A DNA stretch of 64,000 bases from Blastocladiella emersonii ATCC 22665 (taxonomy: Eukaryota > Fungi > Blastocladiomycota). The position numbers were made by a program, and so were the translations under genes. The DNA is taken from NCBI GenBank assembly GCA_025594325.1, contig JANHCV010000013.1:1-64000 (forward strand), given 5' to 3'. The notes below the pieces were generated by a model, which saw only the letters and a list, made by a program, of their open reading frames with translations, searched no databases and was not told the origin of the DNA. Shown one piece after another: positions 21,301 to 36,300 of the stretch (position 1 is its first letter; every line of letters begins with the position of its first letter).

Positions 21301-24300
21301 GGCCACCCTGGTGACACGCACACTCGCATGAACGGCAGGCATGCAAGGCGTCCTGAACTCAACGATGATATATCGTCTAGGTCTGCTCGCTCCAACGGGT
21401 GCGCCTGCCTGCCCTCCCTGTGCCATGGATTGATTGATTCATGTCCAGTGCTGCCCCCATGCTTGCTTTCATGGCCGCGGGGTCCGTCAGGACGCCTTGC
21501 AATGGGTGCGCCAACCCCTGTTGCCAGCCATGTGGCAAGAAACACCACAGCACCTGCGTCGCCCTGGCCACCGTACCTTGCAAACAGCGTAGCAGCCGTA
21601 CTGCTTCAGAGGGCTGCAGAGGGCTGGCTGCGGAGGGCTGAGGCGGCAGGGCTCCTCCTGCAGGAGACAGTGCTGGGGCCAAGGAGTTAGTGCTAGGGAC
21701 TACTAACTGAATGGTGAATGACCCACACACCACATGCTCCTGGCAGGAGTGCGTGTGGGCGCGTGGGCCTGTGTCCGTGCGTGCCTGGATTAGTCCTCCA
21801 TCACAAGTGACCAAGGTGACCAAGGTGACCAAGGTGACCAAGGTGACCAAGGTGACATGCAAGCACCAAGTTAGAGCGGCGGGGCAGCCATGGAAAGAAG
21901 GGCACAGGTACAAACTACCGTACCCTGGCCGCGGCCACTTGTCGCAGAACAGCCCTGCATGGCTCAGGACGCGGCGGGCGTTGGAGACAGGGTAGGTAGG
22001 TAGGTAGCAGCAGCAGCAGCAAGGAGCAGGACCTGGCTGGCAAACAACACAAGTGAAGGCGTGCGTGATGGAGTAAGAGAGTGTTGAATGAATGGATGGG
22101 TGGATGCGATGCAGACCAGCATACGTGTCGTGCGTCGTCCGGATTGGTCGGCGACCACCCGCCAATCCTGCGGCATGGCTGTGGGGGCGGCAGTGGTGGT
22201 AGTGGAGCTAGAGTGGTGTCGTGGGGCTGGTGGGGTCCCCTCTCCTTCCTGTCTCGCCTAGGTGGGTGGGCGGACGTAGCGCGCATGCGGGCGGGCAAGG
22301 TAGGAACGTTGTTCAAGCAATGGATCATGTACTTTATGGCATGTGATCTGCAAGACAGGGAGGGGGAGCGACTGTGTCTAATTTTGACCGAGGGACCTTG
22401 CTGCAGCCAACGTCTGGCCCAATCCGACCCTCCACAAATCGCAACATGCACGAAACAAATTAGCTGACGTTTGGGATGTACCAAACCAGCCACGTAGATA
22501 ACTTTCATGGTACTCAAACAAGACCATACTCAAATCTTTGACTTCCTGCATGTCCAGCTAGCCAGGCTTCTGTAAATCACATTGATGACGCAACAAAATA
22601 TCTGGCCATAAGAATATTGTAAACCAGCCACTCTGGCAATTGTCATGGCACTCAAACAAAACCATATTCAAATCTTCGACTTCCCGCATGCCCATGTGGG
22701 CAAGGACCTATAAATCACAGTATCGAACCAACAAAATATCTGACCATAGAAACATAGTATACCAGCCACGAGGACAATTGTCATGGTACTCAAACAAAAC
22801 CATATTCAAATCTTTGACTATTCACATGTCTAGCTGGTTGGCGACCCATAAATCGTAACATTGGAGCAACAAAATATCTGACCACGGAAATACAGTAAAC
22901 AAGCCCCGGAGATAATTGTCATGGTTCTCAAACAAAACCATATTCAGATCTTTGAATACCCCATGTCCAGGTGGTTGGGGGCCCAGAAATCGTAACATCG
23001 AACCAACAAAATATTTGACCATAGAAATATACTAAACCAGCCACGTACGTAATTGTCGCGTTACTTAAACAAAACCATACTCAAAACTTTGACTTCCCGC
23101 ATGTTCACCTAGCCAGGTACCCATAAATCACAGTATCGAGCCAACAAAAGATCTGACAATGGAAATATAGTAAACCGGCCGCGGAGAGAATTCTCATGGT
23201 ACTCAAATGAAACCATACTCAAATCTATGACTTCCCACATGTCCAGCTGGTTGAGGACCCATAAATCGTAACGTCAAAGCAACAATGTATCTGACCATGG
23301 GAATATAGTAAACGAGCCCCGGAGATAATTGTCATGGTACGCAAACAAAACCATACTCAAGTCTATGCCTTCCCACATGTCCAGCTGGTTGGGGATCCAT
23401 AAATCCCAGTATCGAACCAACAAGATATCTGACCATTGGACTATATGTAACCGATCCCGTAGGTAATTGTCATGATACCCAAACAAAACCATATTCAAAT
23501 CTTTCACATCCCGCATGTCCAGCTAGCCAGGGACCCATAAATCACAGTATCCAACCAACAAAGTATCTGACCAAAGAAAGATCATAAACCAGCCACGCAG
23601 ATAATTGTCATGGTATTCAAACAAAACCATACTCAAATCTTCGAATACCCGATGTCCAGGTGGGCAAGGGCCTATACATCACAGTGTTGAACCAACAAAG
23701 TATCTGACGATCGGGATGTATCAAACCGGCCATGCTGATAATTGTCATGGTACTCAAACATAATCATAGTCAAGTCTTCGAATATCCTCACGTCCACGTG
23801 GGCAAGGACCCAAAGCGCCAGGTATCCAAATCTACCCCGTTGTGCACACTCTCCATTATCCAAGTCTGTCATCCTACAATTTTGGAACCCGTCGGCAAAG
23901 CTCACGGTCCAATCAACGAACAACAGCCAACCTGCCAACCTGGCTACCTACCTGCCTACCTGCCTAGCTGGCTATCTGCCTACCTGCAAACCTGCCAACC
24001 TGCCCTACCTGCTAACCAAACACACACACCGCCTCGCAAGTCCTTGTGGGCCCGCGCTCTCTGGTTGCCGTCCCAGCCAACAAAGGAATGAATGATGAGC
24101 CCTGGCAGCCTGGCAGCCTGCCACACTGACAGCCTGGCAGCCTGCCACACTGACAGCCTGACAGCGCCCACCCAGTAGTTATTAGCTACCTCGTATGTCG
24201 TCTGAGAGGGGTTCAGCAGTCAATATACGACTGGTCTCCTCCTGGCTGGCAGCTCTGCTGTCCACTCCAAGTCCTGCATGATGATGGGCCAAGGAGGGTT

Positions 24301-27300
24301 ACGAGCAGCTCCTCTGTCTATCCGCGTGAAACCACTCACCCGCTGACGGATGTACACCACGCACCGTGCAGCGCGCACAGCGCACAGCGCCCAACGCACC
24401 ACGCGCTGCGCACACGGCGCAAACGGCCACCCTGGTGACACGCACACTCGCATGAACGGCAGGCATGCAAGGCGTCCTGAACTCAACGATGATATATCGT
24501 CTAGGTCTGCTCGCTCCAACGGGTGCGCCTGCCTGCCCTCCCTGTGCCATGGATTGATTGATTCATGTCCAGTGCTGCCCCCATGCTTGCTTTCATGGCC
24601 GCGGGGTCCGTCAGGACGCCTTGCAATGGGTGCGCCAACCCCTGTTGCCAGCCATGTGGCAAGAAACACCACAGCACCTGCGTCGCCCTGGCCACCGTAC
24701 CTTGCAAACAGCGTAGCAGCCGTACTGCTTCAGAGGGCTGCAGAGGGCTGGCTGCGGAGGGCTGAGGCGGCAGGGCTCCTCCTGCAGGAGACAGTGCTGG
24801 GGCCAAGGAGTTAGTGCTAGGGACTACTAACTGAATGGTGAATGACCCACACACCACATGCTCCTGGCAGGAGTGCGTGTGGGCGCGTGGGCCTGTGTCC
24901 GTGCGTGCCTGGATTAGTCCTCCATCACAAGTGACCAAGGTGACCAAGGTGACCAAGGTGACCAAGGTGACCAAGGTGACATGCAAGCACCAAGTTAGAG
25001 CGGCGGGGCAGCCATGGAAAGAAGGGCACAGGTACAAACTACCGTACCCTGGCCGCGGCCACTTGTCGCAGAACAGCCCTGCATGGCTCAGGACGCGGCG
25101 GGCGTTGGAGACAGGGTAGGTAGGTAGGTAGCAGCAGCAGCAGCAAGGAGCAGGACCTGGCTGGCAAACAACACAAGTGAAGGCGTGCGTGATGGAGTAA
25201 GAGAGTGTTGAATGAATGGATGGGTGGATGCGATGCAGACCAGCATACGTGTCGTGCGTCGTCCGGATTGGTCGGCGACCACCCGCCAATCCTGCGGCAT
25301 GGCTGTGGGGGCGGCAGTGGTGGTAGTGGAGCTAGAGTGGTGTCGTGGGGCTGGTGGGGTCCCCTCTCCTTCCTGTCTCGCCTAGGTGGGTGGGCGGACG
25401 TAGCGCGCATGCGGGCGGGCAAGGTAGGAACGTTGTTCAAGCAATGGATCATGTACTTTATGGCATGTGATCTGCAAGACAGGGAGGGGGAGCGACTGTG
25501 TCTAATTTTGACCGAGGGACCTTGCTGCAGCCAACGTCTGGCCCAATCCGACCCTCCACAAATCGCAACATGCACGAAACAAATTAGCTGACGTTTGGGA
25601 TGTACCAAACCAGCCACGTAGATAACTTTCATGGTACTCAAACAAGACCATACTCAAATCTTTGACTTCCTGCATGTCCAGCTAGCCAGGCTTCTGTAAA
25701 TCACATTGATGACGCAACAAAATATCTGGCCATAAGAATATTGTAAACCAGCCACTCTGGCAATTGTCATGGCACTCAAACAAAACCATATTCAAATCTT
25801 CGACTTCCCGCATGCCCATGTGGGCAAGGACCTATAAATCACAGTATCGAACCAACAAAATATCTGACCATAGAAACATAGTATACCAGCCACGAGGACA
25901 ATTGTCATGGTACTCAAACAAAACCATATTCAAATCTTTGACTATTCACATGTCTAGCTGGTTGGCGACCCATAAATCGTAACATTGGAGCAACAAAATA
26001 TCTGACCACGGAAATACAGTAAACAAGCCCCGGAGATAATTGTCATGGTTCTCAAACAAAACCATATTCAGATCTTTGAATACCCCATGTCCAGGTGGTT
26101 GGGGGCCCAGAAATCGTAACATCGAACCAACAAAATATTTGACCATAGAAATATACTAAACCAGCCACGTACGTAATTGTCGCGTTACTTAAACAAAACC
26201 ATACTCAAAACTTTGACTTCCCGCATGTTCACCTAGCCAGGTACCCATAAATCACAGTATCGAGCCAACAAAAGATCTGACAATGGAAATATAGTAAACC
26301 GGCCGCGGAGAGAATTCTCATGGTACTCAAATGAAACCATACTCAAATCTATGACTTCCCACATGTCCAGCTGGTTGAGGACCCATAAATCGTAACGTCA
26401 AAGCAACAATGTATCTGACCATGGGAATATAGTAAACGAGCCCCGGAGATAATTGTCATGGTACGCAAACAAAACCATACTCAAGTCTATGCCTTCCCAC
26501 ATGTCCAGCTGGTTGGGGATCCATAAATCCCAGTATCGAACCAACAAGATATCTGACCATTGGACTATATGTAACCGATCCCGTAGGTAATTGTCATGAT
26601 ACCCAAACAAAACCATATTCAAATCTTTCACATCCCGCATGTCCAGCTAGCCAGGGACCCATAAATCACAGTATCCAACCAACAAAGTATCTGACCAAAG
26701 AAAGATCATAAACCAGCCACGCAGATAATTGTCATGGTATTCAAACAAAACCATACTCAAATCTTCGAATACCCGATGTCCAGGTGGGCAAGGGCCTATA
26801 CATCACAGTGTTGAACCAACAAAGTATCTGACGATCGGGATGTATCAAACCGGCCATGCTGATAATTGTCATGGTACTCAAACATAATCATAGTCAAGTC
26901 TTCGAATATCCTCACGTCCACGTGGGCAAGGACCCAAAGCGCCAGGTATCCAAATCTACCCCGTTGTGCACACTCTCCATTATCCAAGTCTGTCATCCTA
27001 CAATTTTGGAACCCGTCGGCAAAGCTCACGGTCCAATCAACGAACAACAGCCAACCTGCCAACCTGGCTACCTACCTGCCTACCTGCCTAGCTGGCTATC
27101 TGCCTACCTGCAAACCTGCCAACCTGCCCTACCTGCTAACCAAACACACACACCGCCTCGCAAGTCCTTGTGGGCCCGCGCTCTCTGGTTGCCGTCCCAG
27201 CCAACAAAGGAATGAATGATGAGCCCTGGCAGCCTGGCAGCCTGCCACACTGACAGCCTGGCAGCCTGCCACACTGACAGCCTGACAGCGCCCACCCAGT

Positions 27301-30300
27301 AGTTATTAGCTACCTCGTATGTCGTCTGAGAGGGGTTCAGCAGTCAATATACGACTGGTCTCCTCCTGGCTGGCAGCTCTGCTGTCCACTCCAAGTCCTG
27401 CATGATGATGGGCCAAGGAGGGTTACGAGCAGCTCCTCTGTCTATCCGCGTGAAACCACTCACCCGCTGACGGATGTACACCACGCACCGTGCAGCGCGC
27501 ACAGCGCACAGCGCCCAACGCACCACGCGCTGCGCACACGGCGCAAACGGCCACCCTGGTGACACGCACACTCGCATGAACGGCAGGCATGCAAGGCGTC
27601 CTGAACTCAACGATGATATATCGTCTAGGTCTGCTCGCTCCAACGGGTGCGCCTGCCTGCCCTCCCTGTGCCATGGATTGATTGATTCATGTCCAGTGCT
27701 GCCCCCATGCTTGCTTTCATGGCCGCGGGGTCCGTCAGGACGCCTTGCAATGGGTGCGCCAACCCCTGTTGCCAGCCATGTGGCAAGAAACACCACAGCA
27801 CCTGCGTCGCCCTGGCCACCGTACCTTGCAAACAGCGTAGCAGCCGTACTGCTTCAGAGGGCTGCAGAGGGCTGGCTGCGGAGGGCTGAGGCGGCAGGGC
27901 TCCTCCTGCAGGAGACAGTGCTGGGGCCAAGGAGTTAGTGCTAGGGACTACTAACTGAATGGTGAATGACCCACACACCACATGCTCCTGGCAGGAGTGC
28001 GTGTGGGCGCGTGGGCCTGTGTCCGTGCGTGCCTGGATTAGTCCTCCATCACAAGTGACCAAGGTGACCAAGGTGACCAAGGTGACCAAGGTGACCAAGG
28101 TGACATGCAAGCACCAAGTTAGAGCGGCGGGGCAGCCATGGAAAGAAGGGCACAGGTACAAACTACCGTACCCTGGCCGCGGCCACTTGTCGCAGAACAG
28201 CCCTGCATGGCTCAGGACGCGGCGGGCGTTGGAGACAGGGTAGGTAGGTAGGTAGCAGCAGCAGCAGCAAGGAGCAGGACCTGGCTGGCAAACAACACAA
28301 GTGAAGGCGTGCGTGATGGAGTAAGAGAGTGTTGAATGAATGGATGGGTGGATGCGATGCAGACCAGCATACGTGTCGTGCGTCGTCCGGATTGGTCGGC
28401 GACCACCCGCCAATCCTGCGGCATGGCTGTGGGGGCGGCAGTGGTGGTAGTGGAGCTAGAGTGGTGTCGTGGGGCTGGTGGGGTCCCCTCTCCTTCCTGT
28501 CTCGCCTAGGTGGGTGGGCGGACGTAGCGCGCATGCGGGCGGGCAAGGTAGGAACGTTGTTCAAGCAATGGATCATGTACTTTATGGCATGTGATCTGCA
28601 AGACAGGGAGGGGGAGCGACTGTGTCTAATTTTGACCGAGGGACCTTGCTGCAGCCAACGTCTGGCCCAATCCGACCCTCCACAAATCGCAACATGCACG
28701 AAACAAATTAGCTGACGTTTGGGATGTACCAAACCAGCCACGTAGATAATTTTCATGGTACTCAAACAAGACCATACTCAAATCTTTGACTTCCTGCATG
28801 TCCAGCTAGCCAGGCTTCTGTAAATCACATTAATGACGCAACAAAATATCTGGCCATAAGAATATTGTAAACCAGCCACTCTGGCAATTGTCATGGCACT
28901 CAAACAAAACCATATTCAAATCTTCGACTTCCCGCATGCCCATGTGGGCAAGGACCTATAAATCACAGTATCGAACCAACAAAATATCTGACCATAGAAA
29001 CATAGTATACCAGCCACGAGGACAATTGTCATGGTACTCAAACAAAACCATATTCAAATCTTTGACTATTCACATGTCTAGCTGGTTGGCGACCCATAAA
29101 TCGTAACATTGGAGCAACAAAATATCTGACCACGGAAATACAGTAAACAAGCCCCGGAGATAATTGTCATGGTTCTCAAACAAAACCATATTCAGATCTT
29201 TGAATACCCCATGTCCAGGTGGTTGGGGGCCCAGAAATCGTAACATCGAACCAACAAAATATTTGACCATAGAAATATACTAAACCAGCCACGTACGTAA
29301 TTGTCGCGTTACTTAAACAAAACCATACTCAAAACTTTGACTTCCCGCATGTTCACCTAGCCAGGTACCCATAAATCACAGTATCGAGCCAACAAAAGAT
29401 CTGACAATGGAAATATAGTAAACCGGCCGCGGAGAGAATTCTCATGGTACTCAAATGAAACCATACTCAAATCTATGACTTCCCACATGTCCAGCTGGTT
29501 GAGGACCCATAAATCGTAACGTCAAAGCAACAATGTATCTGACCATGGGAATATAGTAAACGAGCCCCGGAGATAATTGTCATGGTACGCAAACAAAACC
29601 ATACTCAAGTCTATGCCTTCCCACATGTCCAGCTGGTTGGGGATCCATAAATCCCAGTATCGAACCAACAAGATATCTGACCATTGGACTATATGTAACC
29701 GATCCCGTAGGTAATTGTCATGATACCCAAACAAAACCATATTCAAATCTTTCACATCCCGCATGTCCAGCTAGCCAGGGACCCATAAATCACAGTATCC
29801 AACCAACAAAGTATCTGACCAAAGAAAGATCATAAACCAGCCACGCAGATAATTGTCATGGTATTCAAACAAAACCATACTCAAATCTTCGAATACCCGA
29901 TGTCCAGGTGGGCAAGGGCCTATACATCACAGTGTTGAACCAACAAAGTATCTGACGATCGGGATGTATCAAACCGGCCATGCTGATAATTGTCATGGTA
30001 CTCAAACATAATCATAGTCAAGTCTTCGAATATCCTCACGTCCACGTGGGCAAGGACCCAAAGCGCCAGGTATCCAAATCTACCCCGTTGTGCACACTCT
30101 CCATTATCCAAGTCTGTCATCCTACAATTTTGGAACCCGTCGGCAAAGCTCACGGTCCAATCAACGAACAACAGCCAACCTGCCAACCTGGCTACCTACC
30201 TGCCTACCTGCCTAGCTGGCTATCTGCCTACCTGCAAACCTGCCAACCTGCCCTACCTGCTAACCAAACACACACACCGCCTCGCAAGTCCTTGTGGGCC

Positions 30301-33300
30301 CGCGCTCTCTGGTTGCCGTCCCAGCCAACAAAGGAATGAATGATGAGCCCTGGCAGCCTGGCAGCCTGCCACACTGACAGCCTGGCAGCCTGCCACACTG
30401 ACAGCCTGACAGCGCCCACCCAGTAGTTATTAGCTACCTCGTATGTCGTCTGAGAGGGGTTCAGCAGTCAATATACGACTGGTCTCCTCCTGGCTGGCAG
30501 CTCTGCTGTCCACTCCAAGTCCTGCATGATGATGGGCCAAGGAGGGTTACGAGCAGCTCCTCTGTCTATCCGCGTGAAACCACTCACCCGCTGACGGATG
30601 TACACCACGCACCGTGCAGCGCGCACAGCGCACAGCGCCCAACGCACCACGCGCTGCGCACACGGCGCAAACGGCCACCCTGGTGACACGCACACTCGCA
30701 TGAACGGCAGGCATGCAAGGCGTCCTGAACTCAACGATGATATATCGTCTAGGTCTGCTCGCTCCAACGGGTGCGCCTGCCTGCCCTCCCTGTGCCATGG
30801 ATTGATTGATTCATGTCCAGTGCTGCCCCCATGCTTGCTTTCATGGCCGCGGGGTCCGTCAGGACGCCTTGCAATGGGTGCGCCAACCCCTGTTGCCAGC
30901 CATGTGGCAAGAAACACCACAGCACCTGCGTCGCCCTGGCCACCGTACCTTGCAAACAGCGTAGCAGCCGTACTGCTTCAGAGGGCTGCAGAGGGCTGGC
31001 TGCGGAGGGCTGAGGCGGCAGGGCTCCTCCTGCAGGAGACAGTGCTGGGGCCAAGGAGTTAGTGCTAGGGACTACTAACTGAATGGTGAATGACCCACAC
31101 ACCACATGCTCCTGGCAGGAGTGCGTGTGGGCGCGTGGGCCTGTGTCCGTGCGTGCCTGGATTAGTCCTCCATCACAAGTGACCAAGGTGACCAAGGTGA
31201 CCAAGGTGACCAAGGTGACCAAGGTGACATGCAAGCACCAAGTTAGAGCGGCGGGGCAGCCATGGAAAGAAGGGCACAGGTACAAACTACCGTACCCTGG
31301 CCGCGGCCACTTGTCGCAGAACAGCCCTGCATGGCTCAGGACGCGGCGGGCGTTGGAGACAGGGTAGGTAGGTAGGTAGCAGCAGCAGCAGCAAGGAGCA
31401 GGACCTGGCTGGCAAACAACACAAGTGAAGGCGTGCGTGATGGAGTGAGAGAGTGTTGAATGAATGGATGGGTGGATGCGATGCAGACCAGCATACGTGT
31501 CGTGCGTCGTCCGGATTGGTCGGCGACCACCCGCCAATCCTGCGGCATGGCTGTGGGGGCGGCAGTGGTGGTAGTGGAGCTAGAGTGGTGTCGTGGGGCT
31601 GGTGGGGTCCCCTCTCCTTCCTGTCTCGCCTAGGTGGGTGGGCGGACGTAGCGCGCATGCGGGCGGGCAAGGTAGGAACGTTGTTCAAGCAATGGATCAT
31701 GTACTTTATGGCATGTGATCTGCAAGACAGGGAGGGGGAGCGACTGTGTCTAATTTTGACCGAGGGACCTTGCTGCAGCCAACGTCTGGCCCAATCCGAC
31801 CCTCCACAAATCGCAACATGCACGAAACAAATTAGCTGACGTTTGGGATGTACCAAACCAGCCACGTAGATAACTTTCATGGTACTCAAACAAGACCATA
31901 CTCAAATCTTTGACTTCCTGCATGTCCAGCTAGCCAGGCTTCTGTAAATCACATTGATGACGCAACAAAATATCTGGCCATAAGAATATTGTAAACCAGC
32001 CACTCTGGCAATTGTCATGGCACTCAAACAAAACCATATTCAAATCTTCGACTTCCCGCATGCCCATGTGGGCAAGGACCTATAAATCACAGTATCGAAC
32101 CAACAAAATATCTGACCATAGAAACATAGTATACCAGCCACGAGGACAATTGTCATGGTACTCAAACAAAACCATATTCAAATCTTTGACTATTCACATG
32201 TCTAGCTGGTTGGCGACCCATAAATCGTAACATTGGAGCAACAAAATATCTGACCACGGAAATACAGTAAACAAGCCCCGGAGATAATTGTCATGGTTCT
32301 CAAACAAAACCATATTCAGATCTTTGAATACCCCATGTCCAGGTGGTTGGGGGCCCAGAAATCGTAACATCGAACCAACAAAATATTTGACCATAGAAAT
32401 ATACTAAACCAGCCACGTACGTAATTGTCGCGTTACTTAAACAAAACCATACTCAAAACTTTGACTTCCCGCATGTTCACCTAGCCAGGTACCCATAAAT
32501 CACAGTATCGAGCCAACAAAAGATCTGACAATGGAAATATAGTAAACCGGCCGCGGAGAGAATTCTCATGGTACTCAAATGAAACCATACTCAAATCTAT
32601 GACTTCCCACATGTCCAGCTGGTTGAGGACCCATAAATCGTAACGTCAAAGCAACAATGTATCTGACCATGGGAATATAGTAAACGAGCCCCGGAGATAA
32701 TTGTCATGGTACGCAAACAAAACCATACTCAAGTCTATGCCTTCCCACATGTCCAGCTGGTTGGGGATCCATAAATCCCAGTATCGAACCAACAAGATAT
32801 CTGACCATTGGACTATATGTAACCGATCCCGTAGGTAATTGTCATGATACCCAAACAAAACCATATTCAAATCTTTCACATCCCGCATGTCCAGCTAGCC
32901 AGGGACCCATAAATCACAGTATCCAACCAACAAAGTATCTGACCAAAGAAAGATCATAAACCAGCCACGCAGATAATTGTCATGGTATTCAAACAAAACC
33001 ATACTCAAATCTTCGAATACCCGATGTCCAGGTGGGCAAGGGCCTATACATCACAGTGTTGAACCAACAAAGTATCTGACGATCGGGATGTATCAAACCG
33101 GCCATGCTGATAATTGTCATGGTACTCAAACATAATCATAGTCAAGTCTTCGAATATCCTCACGTCCACGTGGGCAAGGACCCAAAGCGCCAGGTATCCA
33201 AATCTACCCCGTTGTGCACACTCTCCATTATCCAAGTCTGTCATCCTACAATTTTGGAACCCGTCGGCAAAGCTCACGGTCCAATCAACGAACAACAGCC

Positions 33301-36300
33301 AACCTGCCAACCTGGCTACCTACCTGCCTACCTGCCTAGCTGGCTATCTGCCTACCTGCAAACCTGCCAACCTGCCCTACCTGCTAACCAAACACACACA
33401 CCGCCTCGCAAGTCCTTGTGGGCCCGCGCTCTCTGGTTGCCGTCCCAGCCAACAAAGGAATGAATGATGAGCCCTGGCAGCCTGGCAGCCTGCCACACTG
33501 ACAGCCTGGCAGCCTGCCACACTGACAGCCTGGCAGCCTGCCACACTGACAGCCTGACAGCGCCCACCCAGTAGTTATTAGCTACCTCGTATGTCATCTG
33601 AGAGGGGTTCAGCAGTCAATATACGACTGGTCTCCTCCTGGCTGGCAGCTCTGCTGTCCACTCCAAGTCCTGCATGATGATGGGCCAAGGAGCGTTACGA
33701 GCAGCTCCTCTGTCTATCCGCGTGAAACCACTCACCCGCTGACGGATGTACACCACGCACCGTGCAGCGCGCACAGCGCACAGCGCCCAACGCACCACGC
33801 GCTGCGCACACGGCGCAAACGGCCACCCTGGTGACACGCACACTCGCATGAACGGCAGGCATGCAAGGCGTCCTGAACTCAACGATGATATATCGTCTAG
33901 GTCTGCTCGCTCCAACGGGTGCGCCTGCCTGCCCTCCCTGTGCCATGGATTGATTGATTCATGTCCAGTGCTGCCCCCATGCTTGCTTTCATGGCCGCGG
34001 GGTCCGTCAGGACGCCTTGCAATGGGTGCGCCAACCCCTGTTGCCAGCCATGTGGCAAGAAACACCACAGCACCTGCGTCGCCCTGGCCACCGTACCTTG
34101 CAAACAGCGTAGCAGCCGTACTGCTTCAGAGGGCTGCAGAGGGCTGGCTGCGGAGGGCTGAGGCGGCAGGGCTCCTCCTGCAGGAGACAGTGCTGGGGCC
34201 AAGGAGTTAGTGCTAGGGACTACTAACTGAATGGTGAATGACCCACACACCACATGCTCCTGGCAGGAGTGCGTGTGGGCGCGTGGGCCTGTGTCCGTGC
34301 GTGCCTGGATTAGTCCTCCATCACAAGTGACCAAGGTGACCAAGGTGACCAAGGTGACCAAGGTGACCAAGGTGACATGCAAGCACCAAGTTAGAGCGGC
34401 GGGGCAGCCATGGAAAGAAGGGCACAGGTACAAACTACCGTACCCTGGCCGCGGCCACTTGTCGCAGAACAGCCCTGCATGGCTCAGGACGCGGCGGGCG
34501 TTGGAGACAGGGTAGGTAGGTAGGTAGCAGCAGCAGCAGCAAGGAGCAGGACCTGGCTGGCAAACAACACAAGTGAAGGCGTGCGTGATGGAGTAAGAGA
34601 GTGTTGAATGAATGGATGGGTGGATGCGATGCAGACCAGCATACGTGTCGTGCGTCGTCCGGATTGGTCGGCGACCACCCGCCAATCCTGCGGCATGGCT
34701 GTGGGGGCGGCAGTGGTGGTAGTGGAGCTAGAGTGGTGTCGTGGGGCTGGTGGGGTCCCCTCTCCTTCCTGTCTCGCCTAGGTGGGTGGGCGGACGTAGC
34801 GCGCATGCGGGCGGGCAAGGTAGGAACGTTGTTCAAGCAATGGATCATGTACTTTATGGCATGTGATCTGCAAGACAGGGAGGGGGAGCGACTGTGTCTA
34901 ATTTTGACCGAGGGACCTTGCTGCAGCCAACGTCTGGCCCAATCCGACCCTCCACAAATCGCAACATGCACGAAACAAATTAGCTGACGTTTGGGATGTA
35001 CCAAACCAGCCACGTAGATAACTTTCATGGTACTCAAACAAGACCATACTCAAATCTTTGACTTCCTGCATGTCCAGCTAGCCAGGCTTCTGTAAATCAC
35101 ATTGATGACGCAACAAAATATCTGGCCATAAGAATATTGTAAACCAGCCACTCTGGCAATTGTCATGGCACTCAAACAAAACCATATTCAAATCTTCGAC
35201 TTCCCGCATGCCCATGTGGGCAAGGACCTATAAATCACAGTATCGAACCAACAAAATATCTGACCATAGAAACATAGTATACCAGCCACGAGGACAATTG
35301 TCATGGTACTCAAACAAAACCATATTCAAATCTTTGACTATTCACATGTCTAGCTGGTTGGCGACCCATAAATCGTAACATTGGAGCAACAAAATATCTG
35401 ACCACGGAAATACAGTAAACAAGCCCCGGAGATAATTGTCATGGTTCTCAAACAAAACCATATTCAGATCTTTGAATACCCCATGTCCAGGTGGTTGGGG
35501 GCCCAGAAATCGTAACATCGAACCAACAAAATATTTGACCATAGAAATATACTAAACCAGCCACGTACGTAATTGTCGCGTTACTTAAACAAAACCATAC
35601 TCAAAACTTTGACTTCCCGCATGTTCACCTAGCCAGGTACCCATAAATCACAGTATCGAGCCAACAAAAGATCTGACAATGGAAATATAGTAAACCGGCC
35701 GCGGAGAGAATTCTCATGGTACTCAAATGAAACCATACTCAAATCTATGACTTCCCACATGTCCAGCTGGTTGAGGACCCATAAATCGTAACGTCAAAGC
35801 AACAATGTATCTGACCATGGGAATATAGTAAACGAGCCCCGGAGATAATTGTCATGGTACGCAAACAAAACCATACTCAAGTCTATGCCTTCCCACATGT
35901 CCAGCTGGTTGGGGATCCATAAATCCCAGTATCGAACCAACAAGATATCTGACCATTGGACTATATGTAACCGATCCCGTAGGTAATTGTCATGATACCC
36001 AAACAAAACCATATTCAAATCTTTCACATCCCGCATGTCCAGCTAGCCAGGGACCCATAAATCACAGTATCCAACCAACAAAGTATCTGACCAAAGAAAG
36101 ATCATAAACCAGCCACGCAGATAATTGTCATGGTATTCAAACAAAACCATACTCAAATCTTCGAATACCCGATGTCCAGGTGGGCAAGGGCCTATACATC
36201 ACAGTGTTGAACCAACAAAGTATCTGACGATCGGGATGTATCAAACCGGCCATGCTGATAATTGTCATGGTACTCAAACATAATCATAGTCAAGTCTTCG